From a virus (Duplodnaviria; Caudoviricetes), in the IMG/VR virus record IMGVR_UViG_3300020045_012480, positions 1-31,422 of that record: a DNA stretch of 31,422 nt; one strand, 5' to 3'. Made by a program: the position numbers and the translations under genes. This document shows, one piece after another, positions 8,882 to 18,184 of this stretch (its first letter is position 1; the number at the start of each line of letters is the position of its first letter). Under the pieces are notes generated by a model. The model was not told the DNA's origin. It worked only from the letters and a program-made list of their open reading frames with translations, and made no database searches.

Positions 8882-9571
8882 CTATGCTGCTACTGCTACA
8901 GTATAAGTAACCTGTAATGTCATAGCTGGAGGGTTTGCAGTTGCTCCGTTTGTTATTGCAATATATAACTTTTCTCCTGCACTCAACACTTTATAAGTTG
9001 CGTCCAATGCTCCTAAACTTGTCACGGCGTTAGCTGCTGGAAATGTAGGGTCTGTATCATATGTTTGTGTAACTATTGTGTTAGTTCCATCTGTTGCAGC
9101 TATTACACACGTGTTACTATCGTCAATACCAGCACTTGCACCCTCTGGGATTATAGAAACGTCTGTAAGTGTTATATCAACGCCTGCAGGTGTGAAAAAT
9201 ATTGCCCTGGCTGTTATGTCTGCACCTGCTGCCAAATCTTCAATTCTGTAATTAAATGTACGAGTTTTTGCAGCTGTTGACATTTTAGCAAGTGTAACAT
9301 TTGCGTCTAATATTTTTGCTGTTGTAACTGCGTCTGCTTCAATTTTTGCAGCATTAACAAAATTATTAGCCATTTTTGCCCTGCCTGTTGCGTCTGCTGA
9401 TAATGCACCATTTAAAATTTTTGCTGTTGTAATTGCGTCATCTGCCACAGTTCCTACAGTTACAGCCTTTGAATTAGTTCCATCATGGTCATGACCACTT
9501 GTCACATTAAAAATTGTCTCAAAAAGACGTCTCATGGTAGGATTAAATATTGTTTTAAAGCTATAAGCCAT
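8882..9571 (-). CDS. Capsid decoration/head fibre protein
   Basis: Immediately after MCP; GHDHDG motif and repeated D.A(I/V)T.AKI units. Confidence 0.6.
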   Translation of the reverse strand: MAYSFKTIFNPTMRRLFETIFNVTSGHDHDGTNSKAVTVGTVADDAITTAKILNGALSADATGRAKMANNFVNAAKIEADAVTTAKILDANVTLAKMSTAAKTRTFNYRIEDLAAGADITARAIFFTPAGVDITLTDVSIIPEGASAGIDDSNTCVIAATDGTNTIVTQTYDTDPTFPAANAVTSLGALDATYKVLSAGEKLYIAITNGATANPPAMTLQVTYTVAVAA

Positions 9572-9596
9572 TTTAAAAACCTCCTAAATCTAAGTA

Positions 9597-9612
9597 GGCG
9601 GATTATACCGCC
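9597..9612 (-). terminator. Hairpin after the major capsid gene
   Basis: ggcgg-attata-ccgcc inverted repeat; no clear U tract. Confidence 0.4.
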
Positions 9613-9632
9613 ATTTGTTCCTTAGTTAAAAA

Positions 9633-10574
9633 CTATGCATCTAATAATCCTGTCAAACTTCCATGTGCAAAACTTGGTCCATGGTCTAAACCAAACTTAC
9701 CAAAAATCTGTCCTGATACTGCTGCTCCGGTTCTTGCTAGTTCCTCATAAAAGAAATTTCCTTTTTCTGGTACTGGCTGAAACACTGGTTTAATAAGTGC
9801 CATATCTGCTAATAAAATTGATGTAGTAGGCATAAATCTATCAAGCATTATTCCAATATTACCAAAGTCAGTTTCAATCTGTTTTATGTTTACACCACCA
9901 ACATTTCGATCTGTTGGTGCATAACCATATATGTCAGATATAACCTGTTTTTGGAATCCATTGCACCATAATACCACATTTTTAAACAATGCACCATTTG
10001 TATACATTTCTAACAATAGTGCGTCTATCATTGCCTTTGTAGCATATGCACTACCTCCAGCAACTGTATTAACTGTACAAAGTTCAAGCAATCCACGTGT
10101 TTTGTTAGCTTGACCTGCGTTTGCAGCTATTGAATAAGCTCCATTAATGCATGTATAATCAATATCCCTAGCAATTTTTTCTAAAGCTTTTGCAATCTGA
10201 AAATCTAGCTCGCTTGGTACTGCATTTGCTTGACCTGCTGTATTTATTCCACTCAATCTTCCTTGGTTTGCCATTCTTTCATATGTCAAAGAAACAGTTT
10301 CATGAAAAATTTGACATACATTTTTAGCCTGTGCTCTTACATATGAAATAACCGCAGGAGCTGTCAAACTCGCTGTTTCTGTTATGGCAGGTTGTGCAGC
10401 TGCCTCATGGTCGTATTGTTGGTCAGTTGGAAACTCAAAATTATCAGTTATCATACCGCCTCCGCTCAATCCGCCAATCATTGTCAAAAAAGGTGTATTG
10501 ATTTGGTCACTAGTAAATAGCTCTCCACTATAATTAGGTAAGTTCCACACTGTACCTTGTGTTGTATTTGCCAT
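9633..10574 (-). CDS. Major capsid protein (SU10/DUF5309-like)
   Basis: TPFL.MIG, NVCQIFHETV, ELDFQ...LEKIARDI, TRGLL, IETDFG, ELARTG; follows scaffold. Confidence 0.9.
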   Translation of the reverse strand: MANTTQGTVWNLPNYSGELFTSDQINTPFLTMIGGLSGGGMITDNFEFPTDQQYDHEAAAQPAITETASLTAPAVISYVRAQAKNVCQIFHETVSLTYERMANQGRLSGINTAGQANAVPSELDFQIAKALEKIARDIDYTCINGAYSIAANAGQANKTRGLLELCTVNTVAGGSAYATKAMIDALLLEMYTNGALFKNVVLWCNGFQKQVISDIYGYAPTDRNVGGVNIKQIETDFGNIGIMLDRFMPTTSILLADMALIKPVFQPVPEKGNFFYEELARTGAAVSGQIFGKFGLDHGPSFAHGSLTGLLDA

Positions 10575-10581
10575 TTATATA

Positions 10582-11205
10582 TCATTCCTTCCTGTTTTCA
10601 TTAAATATATCGTTCTTAATTTTTACTGCCATTGCTGTATTACCTGACTCTACAGCCTTTTTATAATCATCTTCCATCTGTTGTAAATTACTTTTTGCTA
10701 CAATACCCTGCGAATTAATAGTATTGCTTCCTTTTACTTCTTTTTTAACAAATAAATCTTTAAATTGTTCCTGAAACGGATTTAATATCATTTCCTTGTT
10801 TAAAATTTTATTATCTTTTACAATTACATCATCAAGATTAATATTTTTTATCAATAAGTCTGGATAAACTGCGCCCATACTGCTTAACTCATCTTTTAAT
10901 AATGATTTTGTGATTATATTAGATATTTCTTTCTCTTTTAATTCTAATTTTGTACTAAATTCACTCTGCAGAGTATCATATTTAGCTTTCAAATCCTTGT
11001 TCTCACCAAATAATTTTTCTGATTCTTTATTATTTTTTTCATACTCAACTAATTTTTCTTTTACAATTTTTAATTCTTCGTTTTTTTCATTAAACGTTGA
11101 TTTTGGTATATAATTACCATCATTCAAGATTAATTTTCTATTTCCCATTTTTTCTGAAACCTGTTTGTATAAGTCTTCGCCAAGCATATCTTTTAAAAAT
11201 TCCAT
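10582..11205 (-). CDS. Capsid scaffolding protein (GP20-like)
   Basis: LGEDLY, GNYIPK..FNEKNEE, coiled coil, GA...DL. Confidence 0.85.
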   Translation of the reverse strand: MEFLKDMLGEDLYKQVSEKMGNRKLILNDGNYIPKSTFNEKNEELKIVKEKLVEYEKNNKESEKLFGENKDLKAKYDTLQSEFSTKLELKEKEISNIITKSLLKDELSSMGAVYPDLLIKNINLDDVIVKDNKILNKEMILNPFQEQFKDLFVKKEVKGSNTINSQGIVAKSNLQQMEDDYKKAVESGNTAMAVKIKNDIFNENRKE

Positions 11206-11290
11206 TTATACCACTCCTAAGTTAGTTTTTTTGGTGCAATCCACCACCATTAGATTATTTTTTTAAGCAGAAATTTTTTAAACTGCGATA

Positions 11291-11319
11291 TAAAAAAATA
11301 GACATGTATAATGTCTATT
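11291..11319 (-). terminator. Intrinsic terminator-like hairpin upstream of the scaffold gene
   Basis: Minus strand atagacat-tatac-atgtctat followed by a T run. Confidence 0.65.
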
Positions 11320-11355
11320 GAATAAAGTTATTTGCTATTTAATTGTTTTGTATAA

Positions 11356-11595
11356 TTATATTTCGAACACTACATCTATCAATTTATATGTTTTATTATT
11401 AATCAAAATATAATATTCTTTGCATTCTTTTTGTTCTACAATTTCAACTTCTCCAATAAGCTCAATTATTGCTCTATCTGCATAGTCAACTTCTTTTATA
11501 ACTGTTACTTTTCTAGCTTTCTTCATCAAATCATCTAATTCAATTCCATTAAATTTTAATTTTGGAATGTCATTTTGAACTGCCATACTTATCAC
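11356..11595 (-). CDS. Hypothetical protein
   Basis: ORF with GAGGTGA RBS. Confidence 0.55.
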   Translation of the reverse strand: MISMAVQNDIPKLKFNGIELDDLMKKARKVTVIKEVDYADRAIIELIGEVEIVEQKECKEYYILINNKTYKLIDVVFEI

Positions 11596-11596
11596 C

Positions 11597-11968
11597 TCAT
11601 TTTTCTATCTTAACAAATTTGTTCTCTACAAATTCAATTTCTATATTGTCATATTCTTTACTTAACTTTTCAACTTTGCTTATATATGCATTTCTTAATC
11701 TATATAATAATTCATTATCATTGTAAATTGAAACAATAACAGATTCATTTCGTAGAATAAACTTATTATCTATTACTTTTTCAAGTTCTTCACTTGCACA
11801 TAAAGACATTCTACATCTAGTTTTTATTATTTTAAAATTATACCATTTTTCTCCACTTGTCCTCTTTTCTTCTATTCTTTCTTGACTTATATCTAGTTCT
11901 AACTTTACATCATCTACTTTTATACCTTCAATTTCTACTAAAAATTTTCCTTCATACATGACTATCAT
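11597..11968 (-). CDS. Hypothetical protein
   Basis: 123-aa ORF with RBS after portal. Confidence 0.55.
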   Translation of the reverse strand: MIVMYEGKFLVEIEGIKVDDVKLELDISQERIEEKRTSGEKWYNFKIIKTRCRMSLCASEELEKVIDNKFILRNESVIVSIYNDNELLYRLRNAYISKVEKLSKEYDNIEIEFVENKFVKIEK

Positions 11969-11981
11969 CCTTTTTTTATTA

Positions 11982-13406
11982 TTATTTACTTATCATTATA
12001 CCATTCGGATCAGCATTATCAATATTTTTTTCTTCTTCTTTTTTATCTTTTGCAATTAATTTTAACTCTTCATCTGCATCATTTACAAAAGGATGATTTG
12101 CGAGTGCTGTCTTTTTACTTGTTACATCAACACTTTTCAGTACATCATCAATCATTTGTGTTGTGTTAAAGATGATATTGCGATTATACACTATATCTAT
12201 TTCATCTATATTATCTTGTTGCATTTTCTTTATTTCAAGAAATTTATTTATAAACCAGTAAACTTTTTTAATAGCCATTGTAACTTCTGCCTCTAAATCA
12301 TCAGCTTTCAAGTCCAAATCTGCGTATCTACTTTTTATAACAACATTAGTTGTATTGCTATCCGCTGCTCTTCTAGTATCAACAGCTTGCCCAAACTCGA
12401 ATATATCATCTCTTATTATTTCTAGAAAAGTTTTTCGTGCTTCGATAGGTATATCAAGAGTTAACCAATTTAAACTTCCTTTTTCGTCTATTTCAGCTAC
12501 TCCATGCCTTTTAAAATTATTTAAAAATTTTTCATAACTTTCTGCACTATATCCATACACTGTTAAAATAGAATCTTGAAATCTATCTATATTATTTCCA
12601 AAATCGCTTTTCATCACATCATACAAGTCTATATCTTGTTTAATAGCAATCAAGTCATTTATTTTATCATCATTATTCCAAAGTGCTACAAATGGAACTT
12701 TTCCCCATCCGAAATATTCTGTTGATTTTATATTATCTGATAGTGTAGTGTTTACACGATAGTTATAACGAGGGTTTTCTTCAACTTGATAATCAAAATA
12801 ATAGTTGCCTTCATCATCTTCCATGTAAAATGTTACTTTCTCTTTATCCCATAATTCAACTTTTTTCCTTATTTTCTTTTCATTATTTACTATTACATGC
12901 ATATTATAATATCTAATCATTTGTATGAGTTCATCTTCGTACTCAGTATCGTAAATGGGAATGCATTCCAATGCGTCTATTATTTTTATTTGTAAATCTC
13001 CATTGTTGTCTATGTATGCATGTAGCCAGCTTACACCTTTTTTAGATGCTTCTTTTGCTGCTTTTTTTATTATATTATTTATATCAAATATTTTATTACA
13101 ATTTTCTGCATTATTTACAATTACTTTTTTACCCAACAAATAATTAATTTTTTGGTCAACTATCTTTTTAAAAAAACCACTCCCACATTTATGATTAGTT
13201 GCCCAGAGATTATTTTTTCTGTCTTTTTCTATGTTTGCTATATATGTATTCTTTCTAATATAGTATAGTTGTCCATCATTTGCATTTAATTTAAACTCAG
13301 ATATCAAATCATTACTTATTTCTTGCTGTATAATATCCTCATTTGTTACATTTTCGGCTGATTTTAATTTAAATTGTTCCGTTGTAAACATTTTTTTCCC
13401 CTTCAA
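11982..13406 (-). CDS. Portal protein, SPP1 family
   Basis: KKIVDQKINYLLG, GWGKVPFV..WNN, IDLYD, IKSRYADLDLKA, HPFV. Confidence 0.93.
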   Translation of the reverse strand: MKGKKMFTTEQFKLKSAENVTNEDIIQQEISNDLISEFKLNANDGQLYYIRKNTYIANIEKDRKNNLWATNHKCGSGFFKKIVDQKINYLLGKKVIVNNAENCNKIFDINNIIKKAAKEASKKGVSWLHAYIDNNGDLQIKIIDALECIPIYDTEYEDELIQMIRYYNMHVIVNNEKKIRKKVELWDKEKVTFYMEDDEGNYYFDYQVEENPRYNYRVNTTLSDNIKSTEYFGWGKVPFVALWNNDDKINDLIAIKQDIDLYDVMKSDFGNNIDRFQDSILTVYGYSAESYEKFLNNFKRHGVAEIDEKGSLNWLTLDIPIEARKTFLEIIRDDIFEFGQAVDTRRAADSNTTNVVIKSRYADLDLKADDLEAEVTMAIKKVYWFINKFLEIKKMQQDNIDEIDIVYNRNIIFNTTQMIDDVLKSVDVTSKKTALANHPFVNDADEELKLIAKDKKEEEKNIDNADPNGIMISK

Positions 13407-13414
13407 TTTACATA

Positions 13415-14689
13415 TTAATCAAACATAGATTTTTTTCTGATTGGTAATATTGTGTTAACAAAGTATCTGCAGTCATCAAGGCAATGGTCAAATTGTTTAA
13501 TTGGCTTGTCCTCGCCTCGTTGTGCGGCTTTATCATCCCACATATACGAGTAAAACTCTTTAATAATATTTTTACAACTCTTATCTATTTTAATTTTGTC
13601 CTCAACTAATTTGACTGCAACGTTCTCTATACCTGCATTTACGTCATTGTTAGCTTTTATAACTTTGTATCTATTATATTTTTTTATAGTCTGTATAAAA
13701 CTAGACGCACTCGGATCGATTATTATACCCAGTAAATTTTTATCACCAATAAATTTTTCTAGTTCTTTATAATAATTTTCATTGTCTTTTTGTATCCCAG
13801 TTTCTTTTCCAGAATAATAATATTCTTTCAATCTGTGCCACGTTGTTCCATCATTTCCCCATAGCCCAAAACTTAAAGCATTGTAAACTCCATAATCACA
13901 ACTTACATAAAACTTATTACATACTATATTACTAGTGTCTATTACATGCCTACTCTCATCAAACATGTCATAAATTACACCCTCAGCAATTACCCACAAT
14001 CCCAATATATATCTTTTGTGAAATATTCCTTGGTACATTCTTTTATATCTATCTTTTACATTTTCAGATAGAGTAAGATTATCACTCATATCAAAATGTA
14101 AATATAAAATTTTCTTTTCTTCTGCTTTGTCTATGTAATCAGTTTTAAAAAAATGATAAGGATTTTCAGGGTTACAGTTGCAAAATATCTTAGAGCCTTC
14201 TATACTACATCTACCAATCATTTGCTCTACAAATGACTTTGGGAATAGCGCTATTTCATCAGCCAAAGCTCCAGCTGATGTCAAGCCCTGCAATGTGTCC
14301 TGACTCGACTCATTGTTTGCTCCAAAAAGATAATAAGTGTTATTACCTATCTCTATAAAATTTTCTGACCTATTATAATTAAATTTCCATCCAAAATTTA
14401 TCAAAATAGAAATTAAAGGTTTAATAACATTTCTTTTTAAACTGCCAACACTTTTTCCTGCAACTATAAAATTTTCAGCTACAAATTTACTTTGAGACCA
14501 TTTAAGAAATGATACTATCATGCCTATAGTCTTGCCTGACCTGATAGCCCCATCAGCTATTACTATATCATTGTCTTTGTATATACTTTCATCATGCCAC
14601 CAGTATAGTAATATTTTCTGTTTTAGTGAAAATTCAGAAAATACGAAACCTTTTTTATCTACTTTAAACTTCCTCATCAAGTATCCCAA
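13415..14689 (-). CDS. terL: Terminase large subunit, PBSX family
   Basis: DGAIRSGKT Walker A, LADEIAL Walker B, CNPENP, CDYG..N, IDPSA, DHCLDDCRY. Confidence 0.95.
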   Translation of the reverse strand: MGYLMRKFKVDKKGFVFSEFSLKQKILLYWWHDESIYKDNDIVIADGAIRSGKTIGMIVSFLKWSQSKFVAENFIVAGKSVGSLKRNVIKPLISILINFGWKFNYNRSENFIEIGNNTYYLFGANNESSQDTLQGLTSAGALADEIALFPKSFVEQMIGRCSIEGSKIFCNCNPENPYHFFKTDYIDKAEEKKILYLHFDMSDNLTLSENVKDRYKRMYQGIFHKRYILGLWVIAEGVIYDMFDESRHVIDTSNIVCNKFYVSCDYGVYNALSFGLWGNDGTTWHRLKEYYYSGKETGIQKDNENYYKELEKFIGDKNLLGIIIDPSASSFIQTIKKYNRYKVIKANNDVNAGIENVAVKLVEDKIKIDKSCKNIIKEFYSYMWDDKAAQRGEDKPIKQFDHCLDDCRYFVNTILPIRKKSMFD

Positions 14690-15323
14690 TTTCTTTTAAT
14701 ACTGTTTTAGATGGCTTTGTAGCTTCAATAAACTCTTTAATTGCTTTTGTATTATCTTCTGTATCTTCTTGTACAAGTTTCTTTTCTTCGAGTTCAAGTT
14801 TCTTTTTATCTTGTATATCCATGATGTCTAATGTTTGCCTCTGCATTTTTTGCAACTTATCTACTGCATTCACAAAGTTAAGCATTTTTTTATCGTTCAT
14901 GGTTCTAGTTACAATTTCTTTTAACTCTTCCTGATCTCTATCAACTTTTATTTTTTCAACAAATGTATATAGTTCATTATTGTTTCCAAGTGCATTTTCT
15001 ATATTTTTAAATATCTTGTTAGATATATTATAATGTTTATTTACTGCTGCAAGTTGCTTGTCAACTATGCTTTCAACAGATTTTTCTTTTAATTTTACTC
15101 TTATTTCTTCTTGAATTATTTTTTTTGATGTTGACCATTTTTTCTTGATTGCTATTCTTTCAAGTTTTTTAAAACTTACATTATTTTTTATCGCAAGGTT
15201 TCTTATGCTAATTTCTGTTGTTTCATATTCGTTTCTTAATTTTTCAACATCTTTTATAATATTTAAATCAATTCTCTCTTTTTTATTTTTTGCTGCTTTT
15301 TTGTAGTAATCTACTTTATCCAT
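14664..15323 (-). CDS. terS: Terminase small subunit (putative)
   Basis: Overlaps terL start; N-terminal HTH (YET...SIRNLA.KNNVS...L...A.KKKW). Confidence 0.7.
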   Translation of the reverse strand: MDKVDYYKKAAKNKKERIDLNIIKDVEKLRNEYETTEISIRNLAIKNNVSFKKLERIAIKKKWSTSKKIIQEEIRVKLKEKSVESIVDKQLAAVNKHYNISNKIFKNIENALGNNNELYTFVEKIKVDRDQEELKEIVTRTMNDKKMLNFVNAVDKLQKMQRQTLDIMDIQDKKKLELEEKKLVQEDTEDNTKAIKEFIEATKPSKTVLKEIGILDEEV

Positions 15324-15331
15324 ACAATCAC

Positions 15332-15889
15332 CTAAATTTCAAAATCTATTAATACTTCATCCATTTCGTCTTGACTTATCCCTATATATTTCAAAGTTTC
15401 GCCTGGCACTGCATGATTAAATATGTATTGCAGCAATGGCAAGTTATTTTTATCTTTATAAAAATGATAACCAAAAGTTTTTTTAAGTGTATGTGTTCCT
15501 AAATTTTTAAGACCAAAATAATTTTCTATATCTTTAATAATATTATAAGCACATTGTCGAGTCATTCTATCTTTATATCTATTTGTAAATAAATATCCAT
15601 CTATATTATTTAACTTTATATAATCATTAACTATCTTGCATAATTTTTCTTTTATTATTATCTTTCTTCTTTTGTTTGTCTTTCCTTCTCTTATATATAT
15701 ATATTTATTTTTATAAAAATGTTTAGATTCTAAATTTAACAAATCGCTTATTCTTAATCCCAAATTTATCCCAACATAAAATAATACATAATCTCTTTTA
15801 ATATTTACATATATACTTGTTTTATTTTCAAGATAATTGTATATTGCATAAATAATTTTTTTGTCTTTTATTGGTTCTACAAACTCCAT
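15332..15889 (-). CDS. Catalytic-domain-only tyrosine recombinase family protein
   Basis: VEPIKD, GINLGLRISDLL, EGKTNK, GTHTLKKTFGYH, FNH...TLKYIG. Confidence 0.9.
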   Translation of the reverse strand: MEFVEPIKDKKIIYAIYNYLENKTSIYVNIKRDYVLFYVGINLGLRISDLLNLESKHFYKNKYIYIREGKTNKRRKIIIKEKLCKIVNDYIKLNNIDGYLFTNRYKDRMTRQCAYNIIKDIENYFGLKNLGTHTLKKTFGYHFYKDKNNLPLLQYIFNHAVPGETLKYIGISQDEMDEVLIDFEI

Positions 15890-16020
15890 AAAACTATCAC
15901 TTCTTCCAATAAATCTCCTTTACATAAACCCCTTCTGTAAACCACTTTTTCAAAAAAAATATAAGCTATTACATACTTATAGACTTTTCCCATTTATTCT
16001 CAGTTACATATCTATCATTT

Positions 16021-16206
16021 TTATACATCAAAATATCTTACTTGGCAAACCCTATTACTCACAGTACTATTCCAATATTCACCTATACACAATTCTCTTT
16101 TTACCTTACATTTACTGCAAAATATTGACCAAATCAAATCAATATGCCCACATTCCCCACAATAACAAAATAACGCTACTCTTATTCTATTTTTTTCTAT
16201 AATCAT
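16021..16206 (-). CDS. Small zinc-ribbon-like protein
   Basis: CGECG...CSKC Cys pairs. Confidence 0.5.
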   Translation of the reverse strand: MIIEKNRIRVALFCYCGECGHIDLIWSIFCSKCKVKRELCIGEYWNSTVSNRVCQVRYFDV

Positions 16207-16309
16207 CTATGTTTTTAACCATTTTACTAATCTTATATTCTTTGTGTAAAACTGTTAAACTATACATTATTATTATTCCCAGTATCGATCCAAGCAAAAA
16301 CGTTCCCAT
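16187..16309 (-). CDS. Small membrane protein
   Basis: GGAGG RBS, MGTFLLGSILGIIIMY hydrophobic segment. Confidence 0.55.
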   Translation of the reverse strand: MGTFLLGSILGIIIMYSLTVLHKEYKISKMVKNIDDYRKK

Positions 16310-16337
16310 TTTTATCATCCTCCAGAAAAAAAATATA

Positions 16338-16375
16338 CAAAAAAGAGCCTCCGCCGAAACAGGATAGCTCTTTTC
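16338..16375. terminator. Bidirectional terminator-like hairpin in the late leader
   Basis: aaaagagc...gctctttt with A/T runs on both sides. Confidence 0.55.
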
Positions 16376-16457
16376 TTCAAGTATCACCATATTAATTTAA
16401 AAATAACAAAGGAATCAATCATACAAGTTCTAATTCGTTTTTCACTACTCGCATTTT

Positions 16458-16554
16458 AAGATTAACATGTTTTTTGTTGTAATACAAGTGCAATTTTTAT
16501 GCAATTTTCGTGTAATAAATATGCAGAAAACATGCAATAAATATGCAAAAAAAA
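16458..16554 (-). promoter_or_regulatory. Putative late promoter with six 11-bp-phased TGCAA boxes
   Basis: Boxes start at 16489, 16500, 16511, 16522, 16533, 16544; adjacent TTGTAT-17-TAATCT on minus strand. Confidence 0.65.
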
Positions 16555-16570
16555 TAGCCCTATTGGGCTA
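16547..16570 (-). terminator. Intrinsic terminator
   Basis: tagccc-aata-gggcta plus T8 on minus, at the stop of 16568..16939. Confidence 0.75.
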
Positions 16571-16939
16571 ATATGCTACTTCCATTTCAACATATCCAAC
16601 ATCTTCTCTACCATCCGAAATATCAACTATTTTTAAATTTAAATCTGATATGTTTCTATATTCATCATATTTTTCTATATCATCTATTGTTAGATCGCCA
16701 TTATATTTTTCTATATCGTCTATTGTCATTTTTATAAAATCATCTTCATTTACATTTTTAAAACATATTACAATTTCGATTCCTTTATTCCATTCGTTTG
16801 TAAAGCTCTCTTTAGTATTTTCACCTGACCAGCTACTTCCTGCTTTTACAAAAAAATCATCTTTGTCATTATCATAAAAATTATTTATTAAATTTTCTAC
16901 ATCATTAGTATCTACACTTATTATTCTTCCCATGTTCAT
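16568..16939 (-). CDS. Acidic hypothetical protein, stand-alone transcription unit
   Basis: Own promoter, RBS and terminator; internal TIDDIEKY duplication. Confidence 0.7.
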   Translation of the reverse strand: MNMGRIISVDTNDVENLINNFYDNDKDDFFVKAGSSWSGENTKESFTNEWNKGIEIVICFKNVNEDDFIKMTIDDIEKYNGDLTIDDIEKYDEYRNISDLNLKIVDISDGREDVGYVEMEVAY

Positions 16940-16971
16940 AGTTTGTATCTCCTTTTTTTTAGTATATACAT

Positions 16972-17000
16972 AGTATACAATACTAGTATTGTATTGTCAA
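16972..17000 (-). promoter_or_regulatory. Sigma-A promoter with perfect 20-bp palindromic operator
   Basis: TTGACA-17-TATACT; ATACAATACTAGTATTGTAT at 16975-16994. Confidence 0.85.
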
Positions 17001-17018
17001 TACTATAATGCTTATCTA

Positions 17019-17045
17019 TAAAAAAAGTAGCTATATTAGCTACTT
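17019..17045 (-). terminator. Intrinsic terminator
   Basis: aagtagcta-ata-tagctactt plus T run. Confidence 0.75.
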
Positions 17046-17049
17046 AACC

Positions 17050-17142
17050 TTACAACAATATCCATACAACAATCTCCATTATATTAGCAATCATACTTAA
17101 TACAAAGTACAATTTTAAAAATAATATCCATTTTTTATTCAT
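17050..17142 (-). CDS. 30-aa hydrophobic peptide (not in ORF track)
   Basis: MNKKWILFLKLYFVLSMIANIMEIVVWILL; AAGGTGA upstream, terminator downstream. Confidence 0.45.
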   Translation of the reverse strand: MNKKWILFLKLYFVLSMIANIMEIVVWILL

Positions 17143-17178
17143 TTCATAATTCACCTTGGAGGGTCTCCCCTCCATAAT

Positions 17179-18090
17179 TTATACTGCCTTTTCTAGTTTA
17201 TTTTTAATAATCAAATCTAAACTACAGCATAAATTTTGAAACTGTATCATGTTAAGCTGATCTAACTTGTCAATTCCAAAATTTTTATTTATTATTCTTT
17301 CTATACTTTCAACACTTTTTCCAGATTCAAAAATTTTATCTGCCAATATTTTTATTTGTTTATCTCCAATTTTTATACTAGATTGTTGTAAAATCTTTGT
17401 ATCTTCTATGTTAATTACTTCTTCTTTAGTCACGTTTGCATTTACGTCTAATATTTTAAGTTCTTCCATGTCTGTCTTCATTTCTTCCGCTATGTAACAC
17501 CCCTGAAAATCATCCGGAAATGCTTCTCTTAATGTTTGTACTATTGCAACTTTTCTAATCATTGTTGCTGGTTTTTCTGTCCACATTTTGTTAATAGTTC
17601 CATCTTTTTTCCTTGCTATATACTCATTAATTTCTACTGACTGTTTTAAACTCATTGTCTTATCTTTAAACCACACTTCACACCATCCTCCAACAATTAC
17701 TTCCTTTTCTTTATAATATGCTGAACCTTCCCTATCTATTATCTCTGATGTGTCTTTATTGTAAATTGTTATTCCTGCTTTCCATCCATCACAATTTTTG
17801 TTTTTAAATGCTCTTTTAGTAAATACATCCTTGCTTATAATCATTGTTGCTGGCTGATTTCCCATATATTTTATTAAATAAGCTTCATTTATCCATGGAT
17901 TAAGTTTTTGATGTTTGCAAAGTGCAATAAACAACATAACTTCTTGGTCTGTAACATTCCCATTTCCTCTAACTAAAAAATTTTTAACTAAATTATTTGT
18001 CAACTTTATATCTCCAGTATCTGTTTTTATTACATCCATATTTTTATTTATTTCAATTAAATTATTTTCCATTTTTATCATCCTTTTCAA
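17179..18090 (-). CDS. bet: Phage recombination protein Bet (RecT family annealase)
   Basis: FIALCK.QKLNP...EAYLIKY, GGWCEV, W..KPATMIRKVA.VQ.LREAFP..FQG.Y..EEM; likely start near 18072. Confidence 0.92.
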   Translation of the reverse strand: MKRMIKMENNLIEINKNMDVIKTDTGDIKLTNNLVKNFLVRGNGNVTDQEVMLFIALCKHQKLNPWINEAYLIKYMGNQPATMIISKDVFTKRAFKNKNCDGWKAGITIYNKDTSEIIDREGSAYYKEKEVIVGGWCEVWFKDKTMSLKQSVEINEYIARKKDGTINKMWTEKPATMIRKVAIVQTLREAFPDDFQGCYIAEEMKTDMEELKILDVNANVTKEEVINIEDTKILQQSSIKIGDKQIKILADKIFESGKSVESIERIINKNFGIDKLDQLNMIQFQNLCCSLDLIIKNKLEKAV

Positions 18091-18184
18091 TTTGATTTTT
18101 TTTAAAAAGGAATGTATACTATTCTTAGATTTTATTCTTTCTACATTCCTTTTTTTAGTATCATTTGCTTAGATATTGCAGTAT

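Noticed and set aside
11597-11968. Third tail-tube-like gene
   Set aside because: Only a vague beta-strand pattern; cannot be supported without a profile search
15332-15889. Prophage integrase marking an att site
   Set aside because: Only 185 aa, lacks arm/core-binding domains, lies in the late operon, no att repeat seen
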